A DNA stretch of 63,924 nucleotides, the filler included, from Octopus bimaculoides (lineage: Eukaryota), in NCBI RefSeq assembly GCF_001194135.2. It is 6 parts of 5 records of this genome, joined end to end, with 100 filler letters (N's around TTAATTAATTAA, not from the genome) between each part and the next. Parts side by side here need not be neighbours in the genome. Positions count along the whole stretch, not along the records: positions 1 to 30,930 come from NW_026298045.1; 5 more parts are not named here. The stretch is one strand, 5' to 3'. Numbering within the stretch: position 1 is the first letter of the stretch; each line of letters opens with the position of its first letter. Shown one piece after another: positions 1 to 11,690 of this stretch. The translations under genes and the position numbers were made by a program. The notes under the pieces were generated by a model. The model made no database searches and was not told where the DNA came from. It saw only the letters and a program-made list of their open reading frames with translations.

Positions 1-30
1 ATAATAATAATAATAATAATAATAATAATA

Positions 31-205
31 GTGCAATTTTCTATATGTTATATATATGTGTAAGTCCTGGTGTTTTTGTTATGTATTTGTCTGAATATTT
101 TTTTATTATACCTAAGGCACCTACTATGATAGGAATTGTTTCTGTTTTTAGATTCCACATTCGAGTTACCTCTATTTCCAGCTCTTTGTATTTTGAAAGT
201 TCTGA
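31..205 (-). mobile_element. C-terminal fragment of an R4/Dong-like (restriction-like endonuclease) non-LTR retrotransposon ORF
   Basis: Minus-strand translation LSKYKELEIEVTRMWNLKTETIPIIVGALGIIKKYSDKYITKTPGLTHIYNI, then degenerate QKIAL. This matches the K..KY..L....W......P.V.GALG pattern of the REL domain C-terminus. Bounded by (AAT)n on both sides. Confidence 0.8.
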
Positions 206-595
206 ACAATAATAATAAAAATAATAATTATGCTTATAAATATAATTGTTGTTGTTGGTCAAATCGCGCCAATATCATATACGTCTTCTCTCCTTTCAGG
301 TTTTGTAAAGTACTTACCATGCACTAAGATCAATGGTATCGACTAAACAGCTTCCATTAAAATTATCGTTTTTTTCTCTTGTTTCTTCTAGTTTTTTTTT
401 CCTTTCACTTCATTTCAAATATCTCCATTCTCGATTTTGCCTTTCATCGTTTCGGGGTCGATAAAATAAAGAATCATTCAAGTACTACAGTCAGTGTAAG
501 CGACTTACCACTACTCTCAAAATTGCTAACCTTCTGTCCAAATTAGAAACAAGTCCCAATGGTTCCCCCTTCCAAATCATGACCACCATCATCTT

Positions 596-720
596 CATTC
601 TTCTTCTTCTTCTTCTTCTTCTTCTTCTTCTTCTTCTTCTTCTTCTTCTTCTTCTTCTTCTTCTTCTTCTTCTTCTTCTTCTTCTTCTTCTTCTTCTCCT
701 CTTCTTCTTCTTCTTCTTTC
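596..720. repeat. (CTT)n microsatellite
   Basis: Direct reading. Confidence 0.98.
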
Positions 721-1090
721 TTTAATGTGCTTCCGTCATTGGACTGCGGCCATGCAGGGGGAAGTGCCTTGAGGGTTATTCGAATAAACCTACCCCAACA
801 CTTTAGTTTTAGAGCCTCGGTCCATTTTGCCGAAATACTAAGTTACGGGGCTGTAAACAAACCAACACCTGTTGTCTAGCGTTGGTGGCAGGCAAACACA
901 AACACAAGCACATATCAAATATATATATATATATATACAACAGATTTCTTTCAGTTTTCGTCTACCAAAATCACTCACAAGGCTTTGGTCAGTCCAGAGC
1001 TATCGAAGAAATAATTCCGAGGTTCTCAAAAGTGTTTTTGAACTTAGAACAATATGGTTAAAACGCTAATTTTTCCTCACTCAACCTCAT
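716..1090 (-). mobile_element. tRNA-derived SINE family B (bipartite, internal TA/CA microsatellite), degenerate
   Basis: Reverse complement of the copies at 53079-53540 and 57475-57880 (gactgcggccatgc, ttttgccgaa, ctcacaaggctttggtc blocks). Confidence 0.75.
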
Positions 1091-1808
1091 ATGTGCCTAT
1101 TGTTATTGTTTAACTATCGGCCATTTCCTTTCTAAGTAAAGCATTACCTTCATCATTCCGGGTCGATAAAATAAAATTTCAAGTAAGAATGATTACAAGA
1201 TTGNNNNNNNNNNNNNNNNNNNNNNNNNNNNNNNNNNNNNNNNNNNNNNNNNNNNNNNNNNNNNNNNNNNNNNNNNNNNNNNNNNNNNNNNNNNNNNNNN
1301 NNNNNNNNNNNNNNNNNNNNNNNNNNNNNNNNNNNNNNNNNNNNNNNNNNNNNNNNNNNNNNNNNNNNNNNNNNNNNNNNNNNNNNNNNNNNNNNNNNNN
1401 NNNNNNNNNNNNNNNNNNNNNNNNNNNNNNNNNNNNNNNNNNNNNNNNNNNNNNNNNNNNNNNNNNNNNNNNNNNNNNNNNNNNNNNNNNNNNNNNNNNN
1501 NNNNNNNNNNNNNNNNNNNNNNNNNNNNNNNNNNNNNNNNNNNNNNNNNNNNNNNNNNNNNNNNNNNNNNNNNNNNNNTATATATATACATACATAAACA
1601 CACATATATATATACATATATATACATATATATATTTATATGCACATATATATATATATATGTATGTATATATGCATGCATGTATGTATTTTGTATAGCT
1701 AGGTATTATGTATATATGTGTGTATTTACATATATGTGTAGATACCTGACGTATACGCATAACGTGTAGCAAATTCACAATATATGCATATTTATGTATA
1801 TTAATACG

Positions 1809-1871
<63 letters not shown>

Positions 1872-2070
1872 CGTGTATGAGTGTGTGTGTGTGTGTGTGG
1901 CTGTAAACATATAAATGACTACATAGACATATATACGCACGCATGTATATTCACACACATATGTATACATATGCATACGTTTATTTTTAAACCATATGTA
2001 GGTATTTATATCTATATGCGCATATATATGCATATAAATATATATACATACATATATATGTATGTATATG

Positions 2071-2102
<32 letters not shown>

Positions 2103-2303
2103 AACACACACACACACACACACACACACTGATATACGAATCAGACGCTCATTTGAGAAGGTAGTTTAGTGGTGGGGTAAAGAGGTATTTGCGTTAATTG
2201 TCCCGTTTCGATAAAGTACCAGCCATGTATTCGGGGATATTCTCCCTTTTCTCTCACCCTTTTCTTGTGTGTCTTGCATGTCTTTCGCTGAAGAGTATAA
2301 GCT

Positions 2304-2351
2304 GTCCAGAGCACGTGATTCACCAAGAATGGTGAATCACGTGCTCTGGAC
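2304..2351. repeat. Perfect 22-bp inverted repeat with a 4-nt loop
   Basis: gtccagagcacgtgattcacca-agaa-tggtgaatcacgtgctctggac; the arms are exact reverse complements. Confidence 0.95.
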
Positions 2352-3180
2352 GAGACGCCTTAGATGGACCCAAGGTAATGTGTGACAAGGTACACGCATA
2401 GGGTGTTGAAACAGACACTCTCAGAAACACACACATGCGCGTCCGCTTACACACACACACAAACACACTCACATATACACACGCATCTACTCACACATGC
2501 ATACACACATACACACATAGATACACACGCATACACACAGACATGCAGATATACACAGACAGATACGCACACATACACACACACACGCTCAGACACACAN
2601 NNNNNNNNNNNNNNNNNNNNNNNNNNNNNNNNNNNNNNNNNNNNNNNNNNNNNNNNNNNNNNNNNNNNNNNNNNNNNNNNNNNNNNNNNNNNNNNNNNNN
2701 NNNNNNNNNNNNNNNNNNNNNNNNNNNNNNNNNNNNNNNNNNNNNNNNNNNNNNNNNNNNNNNNNNNNNNNNNNNNNNNNNNNNNNNNNNNNNNNNNNNN
2801 NNNNNNNNNNNNNNNNNNNNNNNNNNNNNNNNNNNNNNNNNNNNNNNNNNNNNNNNNNNNNNNNNNNNNNNNNNNNNNNNNNNNNNNNNNNNNNNNNNNN
2901 NNNNNNNNNNNNNNNNNNNNNNNNNNNNNNNNNNNNNNNNNNNNNNNNNNNNNNNNNNNNNNNNNNNNNNNNNNNNNNNNNNNNNNNNNNNNNNNNNNNN
3001 NNNNNNNNNNNNNNNNNNNNNNNNNNNNNNNNNNNNNNNNNNNNNNNNNNNNNNNNNNNNNNNNNNNNNNNNNNNNNNNNNNNNNNNNNNNNNNNNNNNN
3101 NNNNNNNNNNNNNNNNNNNNNNNNNNNNNNNNNNNNNNNNNNNNNNNNNNNNNNNNNNNNNNNNNNNNNNNNNNNNNNNG

Positions 3181-3510
3181 GCAGTTTTCTAAGCTGAACA
3201 GCGTCAGGGCAGGCGGACCTGTATTGGGTACATTAGAGGAATGTGCTGAAGAATTCCGGCATTTTCCTCGACACCTACACGGAGGAAGCCGTGCTGAGGA
3301 ATAGATGGCACCGTTCGTAGAAACTCGTTATTCAAGCCATTGAGTAGAAACAGCAGAGAGAACGCGAAAGAGCACATGAGCGGCGTCACTTCTCCGTTGC
3401 GTGAAAAAACGTCATCTGCAACAACTGTAACCGCTGCCGCAGATCAAAGCGAGGCTTGTAGCACACATACTAGTCTGCCAGAGATGACAGATGGCTTCTG
3501 AACAAGAAAA
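3181..3510 (+). mobile_element. Degenerate 3' end of an RTE-clade LINE ORF with a terminal C2H2-like finger
   Basis: Translation NVLKNSGIFLDTYTEEAVLRNRW...VICNNCNRCRRSKRGL*HT with several stops. Resembles the RTE C-terminus (LK..GI....W...A..R..W followed by C..C.R.C.S..GL.SH). Confidence 0.5.
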
Positions 3511-4380
3511 GTCAACGTCGACCTACGACGGACAGCCGAAGAAGAAGAAAATGCACGCTTGCATATATACACATACACATACACATATGCAGAACCTTTG
3601 TGGTAAACTGAATTATTTCATTATACATAAACTTCCCAGTGCAGTGAAATAAGCAGGTTCAACAACGCACAATTAATACACTTTACTTCTAACACACGTG
3701 CATAATGCGCAGTTTGAAGTTTTGTACGACATTTTCCCATAATTTTTTTTTCGATTATCTCCTAATTCTGCATTTCGCGGCGCCAATTCACTTTCCTTAC
3801 CCACTCCTTATCCCTCCCTTTATACTTGTCCTACATCGTCGCTGATATATACATCTATATCTACATCTATCACACTTAATTTCCGTCTGTCTGTTTTGTC
3901 ACAAATTCTTTATACTATTTTTATTTCCATTTCCACAAACAATTCCTGATAAATATAGGTAAATTGACCTTACCATTATGTCTGTCTGATTTGGCAGATT
4001 CTAGACTATCCACAAAACACAAATCTATTTATTTTTTTTTCTCTTTGCGCTAATCCTTATTGATTTTGAATAACTTTCGTGAAAAATACCAATTTTTCAA
4101 TTTTCTCTGTTTCAAGTTTGTTTTAAAATCTTTTCGTAATCATTTTAAGAATATTTGTCATTTTTGGAATAATGTTTTCAAACTCAATGTCTTAATAATT
4201 TCCGCTCGTTGCTGGCGTATCTGTCCTTGTATCTAAGCTGGCATTTCTGTAAATGGCTCTGTCTCTTTGATTCTTTCTTCTTATTTTGCGGTTTCATTTA
4301 GCTGTGTTCTTGTGTTGTGTGGAATATTACATCATATGATATTCTCACCATGGTGATCAAAAAGCGATACATTTATTTCA

Positions 4381-4413
<33 letters not shown>

Positions 4414-4910
4414 GTGAGTATATATATATATATATATGCATGTATGTATGTATATACATACATACATATATATATACATATATATGTACATATATANNNN
4501 NNNNNNNNNNNNNNNNNNNNNNNNNNNNNNNNNNNNNNNNNNNNNNNNNNNNNNNNNNNNNNNNNNNNNNNNNNNNNNNNNNNNNNNNNNNNNNNNNNNN
4601 NNNNNNNNNNNNNNNNNNNNNNNNNNNNNNNNNNNNNNNNNNNNNNNNNNNNNNNNNNNNNNNNNNNNNNNNNNNNNNNNNNNNNNNNNNNNNNNNNNNN
4701 NNNNNNNNNNNNNNNNNNNNNNNNNNNNNNNNNNNNNNNNNNNNNNNNNNNNNNNNNNNNNNNNNNNNNNNNNNNNNNNNNNNNNNNNNNNNNNNNNNNN
4801 NNNNNNNNNNNNNNNNNNNNNNNNATATATATAGATATAGATATTTATGTATGTATATGTATATGCATATATGTACATATCTATATAAATATATATATTA
4901 TATATACGGG

Positions 4911-4985
<75 letters not shown>

Positions 4986-5844
4986 TGTGAAGGGAGTATA
5001 TAATACAGTTGTCGCCGCCTATCTGGAACAAATTGCAGCCAGATGGCGCTTCAACCTTTGTGTGTGAAATTCTGAATAAGGAAACCGCAAGCAAATATTA
5101 AACGAATATTAAACTCGTGTTACGTTGAATATTACACTCGTGTTACGTTTGTGTGTGTGTGTCTGTGTTTGTGTGTGTCCGTCTGTGAGCGTTTGTGCAT
5201 GTGTGTCTGTGTTTGGTCCTCCCACACCGCTTGACAACCGGTGATGGTGTCGATTCATTCCAATTAAAATTCTTCAAAAATGTTCCCCAGCATGGCCGCA
5301 GTTTAATGACCGAAAGAAGTAAAAAAAACCAAACAAACAAATAATATAAAGTAGATATAAATATACATACATATCTTGATACATATATACATATTCCTCC
5401 ACCTCACGCATGCGTATTCATGTATTAAAGAGCTGCCGACCGACAACAGACAAACACACGCTACAAGCAAGAATAGGAGAATGGGTGATTACAATCAAAA
5501 TAAATGTTGGACCGAAATGACGGAAGATCCGTTCCAAGACGTTTATCGTTTGATCAGATAAATACCATTTTGGCAGCAATTTCCTATTAGTCTTGATTGT
5601 TCCTCAAGGCCTCTGACAATGACGGATGGTATCCTATTGGAGAAAGCATTATCCAAAGACATCATCCGCTACGTGAAATAGTTCCAATTCCGAATGATTT
5701 GAAAGAAATTTATTTATATTAAACAAAAACCTTTCTACCTGATACTAAAAATAATTTTCGTGTCCGACCGACGGAATTTGCGAAAAGTGTAAAAGCATTT
5801 CTATACCGTTTAATCTGCGTGTAGAATTTCACTACTGCTACTAT

Positions 5845-5903
<59 letters not shown>

Positions 5904-7010
5904 ACACTACTACTACTACTACCACCACCACCACCATCACCACCACCACCACCACCACNNNNNNNNNNNNNNNNNNNNNNNNNNNNNNNNNNNNNNNNNN
6001 NNNNNNNNNNNNNNNNNNNNNNNNNNNNNNNNNNNNNNNNNNNNNNNNNNNNNNNNNNNNNNNNNNNNNNNNNNNNNNNNNNNNNNNNNNNNNNNNNNNN
6101 NNNNNNNNNNNNNNNNNNNNNNNNNNNNNNNNNNNNNNNNNNNNNNNNNNNNNNNNNNNNNNNNNNNNNNNNNNNNNNNNNNNNNNNNNNNNNNNNNNNN
6201 NNNNNNNNNNNNNNNNNNNNNNNNNNNNNNNNNNNNNNNNNNNNNNNNNNNNNNNNNNNNNNNNNNNNNNNNNNNNNNNNNNNNNNNNNNNNNNNNNNNN
6301 NNNNNNNNNNNNNNNNNNNNNNNNNNNNNNNNNNNNNNNNNNNNNNNNNNNNNNNNNNNNNNNNNNNNNNNNNNNNNNNNNNNNNNNNNNNNNNNNNNNN
6401 NNNNNNNCGCCGCTAGACAAAAGGTCTCTGTGCGGTTACGAGCCTGTATTAGCGAGTGAAAGAATAAATACCAGGCCTAAAAAGGAAATACTGGAGCTGA
6501 TTCATCCGAGTAAAAATTCTTGAAGTTGGTGGCTCTGCATGGCTGCAGTCTAATGAGTGAATCAGGCAAAAGATAAAATGTAAAGCATATATACATATAT
6601 AAATATGTATATACATATACATCCATCTATTGACGCACACAGAAACACAGGTACGTGCGTACACACACGCTCACACACGCACACACACACATACTTATAT
6701 CAGTTATTTATAGCCACTCCTTCATGACGAACAAAACGCCATGTTCACGTTTAACGAGACTTGACCTCAAGGGGCAAAGGGAGGTAATTAAACATTGCTC
6801 TGAATTCAATTCGATATTCTACAGTTTAAATTAGTACACAACATTACACAATACCATGACTCACCATTAACTACACGAAGACAGACACAATTACGGTTAT
6901 TCTTGTAGTAATAGAGAGAAATAATCATCGATTTGCAAAAATATTCAGAAACAAATATGGACGCATCTCGGTGTGTGTATGTGTGTGTGTGTGTGTAAGT
7001 GCCTACACAC

Positions 7011-7042
<32 letters not shown>

Positions 7043-7139
7043 NNNNNNNNNNNNNNNNNNNNNNNNNNNNNNNNNNNNNNNNNNNNNNNNNNNNNNNNNN
7101 NNNNNNNNNNNNNNNNNNNNNNNNNNNNNNNNNNNNNNN

Positions 7140-7180
<41 letters not shown>

Positions 7181-7182
<2 letters not shown>

Positions 7183-7279
7183 GAGAATGTACGAAAAAAC
7201 AACAACAGACGAGGACAGGTGGTGTAAATAACAAAAGGATGTATTAGTATGACGCTCGGGAATACGGAAAGTCTTTGAC
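7181..7279 (-). mobile_element. Penelope-like non-autonomous repeat, copy A (truncated at the hammerhead)
   Basis: Close match to 8978-9075 and 45563-45660; homology stops at ...gtctttgac (7279). Abuts (TA)n. Confidence 0.75.
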
Positions 7280-8359
7280 TATATGCGTATATAACTGTTT
7301 AAATTTCTAATAACATATATGTGAGAATCATACACATACACAAAGAAACATACGCGTACGTATTTCTGTGTGAGCATAGAGTACCTATATATATGTATGT
7401 ATGCAGGTATATTTTAATTTGTATGTATGTATATGTATTGCACATATCTACGACTGTAAACATTTATGTCACTATATGTATATACAGACATATGTATATG
7501 GCTATGTATTATATATTTCTATACATACATTTCTATATATATGTATTTACTTATATATGTGTGCATCCATTTATGCTTGTATCCTAGATGTGTTTGTGTA
7601 CGTACGTGTGCGCATATAAATACACGCGCCACACGCAAGAAATCATATACACACACACGATTATATAAAGTATATATACACAGAAAGACACTCTCCCACA
7701 CACATACACACACGCGAATGTATAAATATATATTTATACTTGTACATACGTGTGTATGTACATGAAATTATACATAACGCAAGATATAATACGAATCTAT
7801 GTTATTTTTATATGTTAAATAACGCTCCATCATCACCATTTCTATAATTCTTCCCTCACAGTTTCATTTTATAGAATAACACAGACAATATACTGATAAT
7901 ATTGAATAATCACACGACATTATTCCGTGTTGGGACATAATTTTTCATCACTCAGAGAAACAAAATCATAAATTTTAAAAATAGATAAATAAATAAAATA
8001 AAATATGTAAAAGCAAAAATAAAAATAGAAATAATAATAGAAATTGAAAAAAAAACATGAAAAAGAAAAAAAAAACAGAAACTTAAAGAAATATACAGTC
8101 TATGAATAATAATAATAATGATGATAACAATAATTAATAATAATAATAAAGATAATGATATTAATGATAGCAATAATAATGAAAATAATAATGTTATATA
8201 TGTATACAACGCACACACACACACACATATACACAATATGCGTATATTCGCAAAATACACACACACATATATATACATATACATATATGTATATATTTGC
8301 ATATATATATATACATGTATATGTATATATACATATATGTAGGTATATATATGTATATA

Positions 8360-8398
<39 letters not shown>

Positions 8399-8977
8399 NN
8401 NNNNNNNNNNNNNNNNNNNNNNNNNNNNNNNNNNNNNNNNNNNNNNNNNNNNNNNNNNNNNNNNNNNNNNNNNNNNNNNNNNNNNNNNNNNNNNNNNNNN
8501 NNNNNNNNNNNNNNNNNNNNNNNNNNNNNNNNNNNNNNNNNNNNNNNNNNNNNNNNNNNNNNNNNNNNNNNNNNNNNNNNNNNNNNNNNNNNNNNNNNNN
8601 NNNNNNNNNNNNNNNNNNNNNNNNNNNNNNNNNNNNNNNNNNNNNNNNNNNNNNNNNNNNNNNNNNNNNNNNNNNNNNNNNNNNNNNNNNNNNNNNNNNN
8701 NNNNNNNNNNNNNNNNNNNNNNNNNNNNNNNNNNNNNNNNNNNNNNNNNNNNNNNNNNNNNNNNNNNNNNNNNNNNNNNNNNNNNNNNNNNNNNNNNNNN
8801 NNNNNNNNNNNNNNNNNNNNNNNNNNNNNNNNNNNNNNNNNNNNNNNNNNNNNNNNNNNNNNNNNNNNNNNNNNNNNNNNNNNNNNNNNNNNNNNNNNNN
8901 NNNNNNNNNNNNNNNNNNNNNNNNNNNNNNNNNNNNNNNNNNNNNNNNNNNNNNNNNNNNNNNNNNNNNNNNTATAT

Positions 8978-9165
8978 GGGAGAATATACAAATAATAACA
9001 ACAGACGAGGACAGGTGGTGTAAATAACAAAAGTATATATTAGTATGACGCTCGGGAATACGGAAAGTCTTTGACGTTTCGAGCTACGCTCTTCAACAGA
9101 AAGAATACGGAGACAAGGAGAAAAACACGGAGAAAAAAAATTGAATAGTGTTCAGTCAACGGTCA

Positions 9166-9170
<5 letters not shown>
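8978..9170 (-). mobile_element. Penelope-like non-autonomous repeat, copy B (hammerhead-bearing)
   Basis: Nearly identical to 45563-45735 and inverted relative to 20602-20790. (TA)n at both ends. Contains a hammerhead motif. Confidence 0.75.
9068..9104 (-). ncRNA. Minimal type I hammerhead ribozyme motif (variant core CUGUUGA)
   Basis: Minus strand: TCTTT-CTGTTGA-A-GAGC gta GCTC-GAAA-CGTC^AAAGA. Stem I TCTTT/AAAGA, stem II GAGC/GCTC, palindromic ACGT stem III, GUC cleavage triplet. Confidence 0.65.
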
Positions 9171-9200
<30 letters not shown>

Positions 9201-11569
9201 ACACACATACACGCACACATACACATTATAAATGGAAATATATGTGCAGAGACATCATGACGTATGTATATATATGTATGTATCCTTTACTCTTTAACTT
9301 GTGTCTATCATCTGACTCTGACTGCAGCTACTTTGGAGCACCACCTTTAGTCGAACAAATCGTCCCCATGACTTATTCTTTGTAAGCCTAGTACACTTGT
9401 ATCGTCAGACCGCAAAGTTACAGGGGCGTAAACACACCAACATCGGTTGTCAAGCTGTATTCATTATTTGGAGGTATAATCCTATGTTCTCACGAGCGGA
9501 GCGTCGAACAGTAACACCCGGTCAGTCTCCATTTCATAAAGATACGATAAGGAATATTGCAACAAGTAAATTCTGTGGGGCAATAGTGTTTCTATACTTC
9601 TGAAAGTATTTTTGCTTATATTTTGTCAGGCTATTGCTTTATTTAAAGAGTTTCAATAGTAATCTATAACGTGAGANNNNNNNNNNNNNNNNNNNNNNNN
9701 NNNNNNNNNNNNNNNNNNNNNNNNNNNNNNNNNNNNNNNNNNNNNNNNNNNNNNNNNNNNNNNNNNNNNNNNNNNNNNNNNNNNNNNNNNNNNNNNNNNN
9801 NNNNNNNNNNNNNNNNNNNNNNNNNNNNNNNNNNNNNNNNNNNNNNNNNNNNNNNNNNNNNNNNNNNNNNNNNNNNNNNNNNNNNNNNNNNNNNNNNNNN
9901 NNNNNNNNNNNNNNNNNNNNNNNNNNNNNNNNNNNNNNNNNNNNNNNNNNNNNNNNNNNNNNNNNNNNNNNNNNNNNNNNNNNNNNNNNNNNNNNNNNNN
10001 NNNNNNNNNNNNNNNNNNNNNNNNNNNNNNNNNNNNNNNNNNNNNNNNNNNNNNNNNNNNNNNNNNNNNNNNNNNNNNNNNNNNNNNNNNNNNNNNNNNN
10101 NNNNNNNNNNNNNNNNNNNNNNNNNNNNNNNNNNNNNNNNNNNNNNNNNNNNNNNNNNNNNNNNNNNNNNNNNNNNNNNNNNNNNNNNNNNNNNNNNNNN
10201 NNNNNNNNNNNNNNNNNNNNNNNNNNNNNNNNNNNNNNNNNNNNNNNNNNNNNNNNNNNNNNNNNNNNNATATATATGTATATATGTGTGTGTGTGTATA
10301 TTTATATGTATAAAACTGTGTAGATATGATTTATGATATAACTCGCATATCAGTATTGGAAAATATATAGCACCTGCGAAAATAAAGGAATGCTTTCATT
10401 CAATACATACACATACGCGCAAACACGCATTCACGCACACATACGCACGTGTATATATGTATATGTTTGCGTGTACACAGTTACCCGTATATATCCGTAG
10501 TTTCATATGTATATATGAAAATATATACATACATACATATATACTTGTATCCGTACATATACTCACAAACACACACGAGAGCACAAACATACACATATAT
10601 TGGTACTTAAGTATATACATTTATGTGTATACATATGTATATATGTATACAGGCACATATATATATATATATTTATATATGTGCATACATATATATACAC
10701 ACACTCATACATTATGTATATATGTATACATATATATATATATATACATATGTATATATATATATATATATACATATGTATATATATACATATATATATG
10801 CATATGTATGTATATATATATATATATGTATGTATATATNNNNNNNNNNNNNNNNNNNNNNNNNNNNNNNNNNNNNNNNNNNNNNNNNNNNNNNNNNNNN
10901 NNNNNNNNNNNNNNNNNNNNNNNNNNNNNNNNNNNNNNNNNNNNNNNNNNNNNNNNNNNNNNNNNNNNNNNNNNNNNNNNNNNNNNNNNNNNNNNNNNNN
11001 NNNNNNNNNNNNNNNNNNNNNNNNNNNNNNNNNNNNNNNNNNNNNNNNNNNNNNNNNNNNNNNNNNNNNNNNNNNNNNNNNNNNNNNNNNNNNNNNNNNN
11101 NNNNNNNNNNNNNNNNNNNNNNNNNNNNNNNNNNNNNNNNNNNNNNNNNNNNNNNNNNNNNNNNNNNNNNNNNNNNNNNNNNNNNNNNNNNNNNNNNNNN
11201 NNNNNNNNNNNNNNNNNNNNNNNNNNNNNNNNNNNNNNNNNNNNNNNNNNNNNNNNNNNNNNNNNNNNNNNNNNNNNNNNNNNNNNNNNNNNNNNNNNNN
11301 NNNNNNNNNNNNNNNNNNNNNNNNNNNNNNNNNNNNNNNNNNNNNNNNNNNNNNNNNNNNNNNNNNNNNNNNNNNNNNNNNNNNNNNNNNNNNNNNNNNN
11401 NNNNNNNNNNNNNNNNNNNNNNNNNNNNNNNNNNNNNNNNNNNNNNNNNNNNNNNNNNNNNNNNNNNNNNNNNNNNNNNNNNNNNNNNNNNNNNNNNNNN
11501 NNNNNNNNNNNNNNNNNNNNNNNNNNNNNNNNNNNNNNACCGTGTTCAACTGGTACGTATTTAATTATT

Positions 11570-11690
11570 TATTGTCCTCAAGGGACTAAACATTGAGGGG
11601 ACAAACAAGGGCAGACAAAGGGACTAAGTCGATTACATCGACCCCAGTGCGTAACTGGTACTTATTTAATCGAACCTGAAAGGATGTATG
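11570..11690 (-). mobile_element. SINE family A, 3' portion
   Basis: aagtcgattacatcgaccccagtgcgtaactggtacttatttaatcga is the reverse complement of the body of the 24345-24568 copy. Confidence 0.7.
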
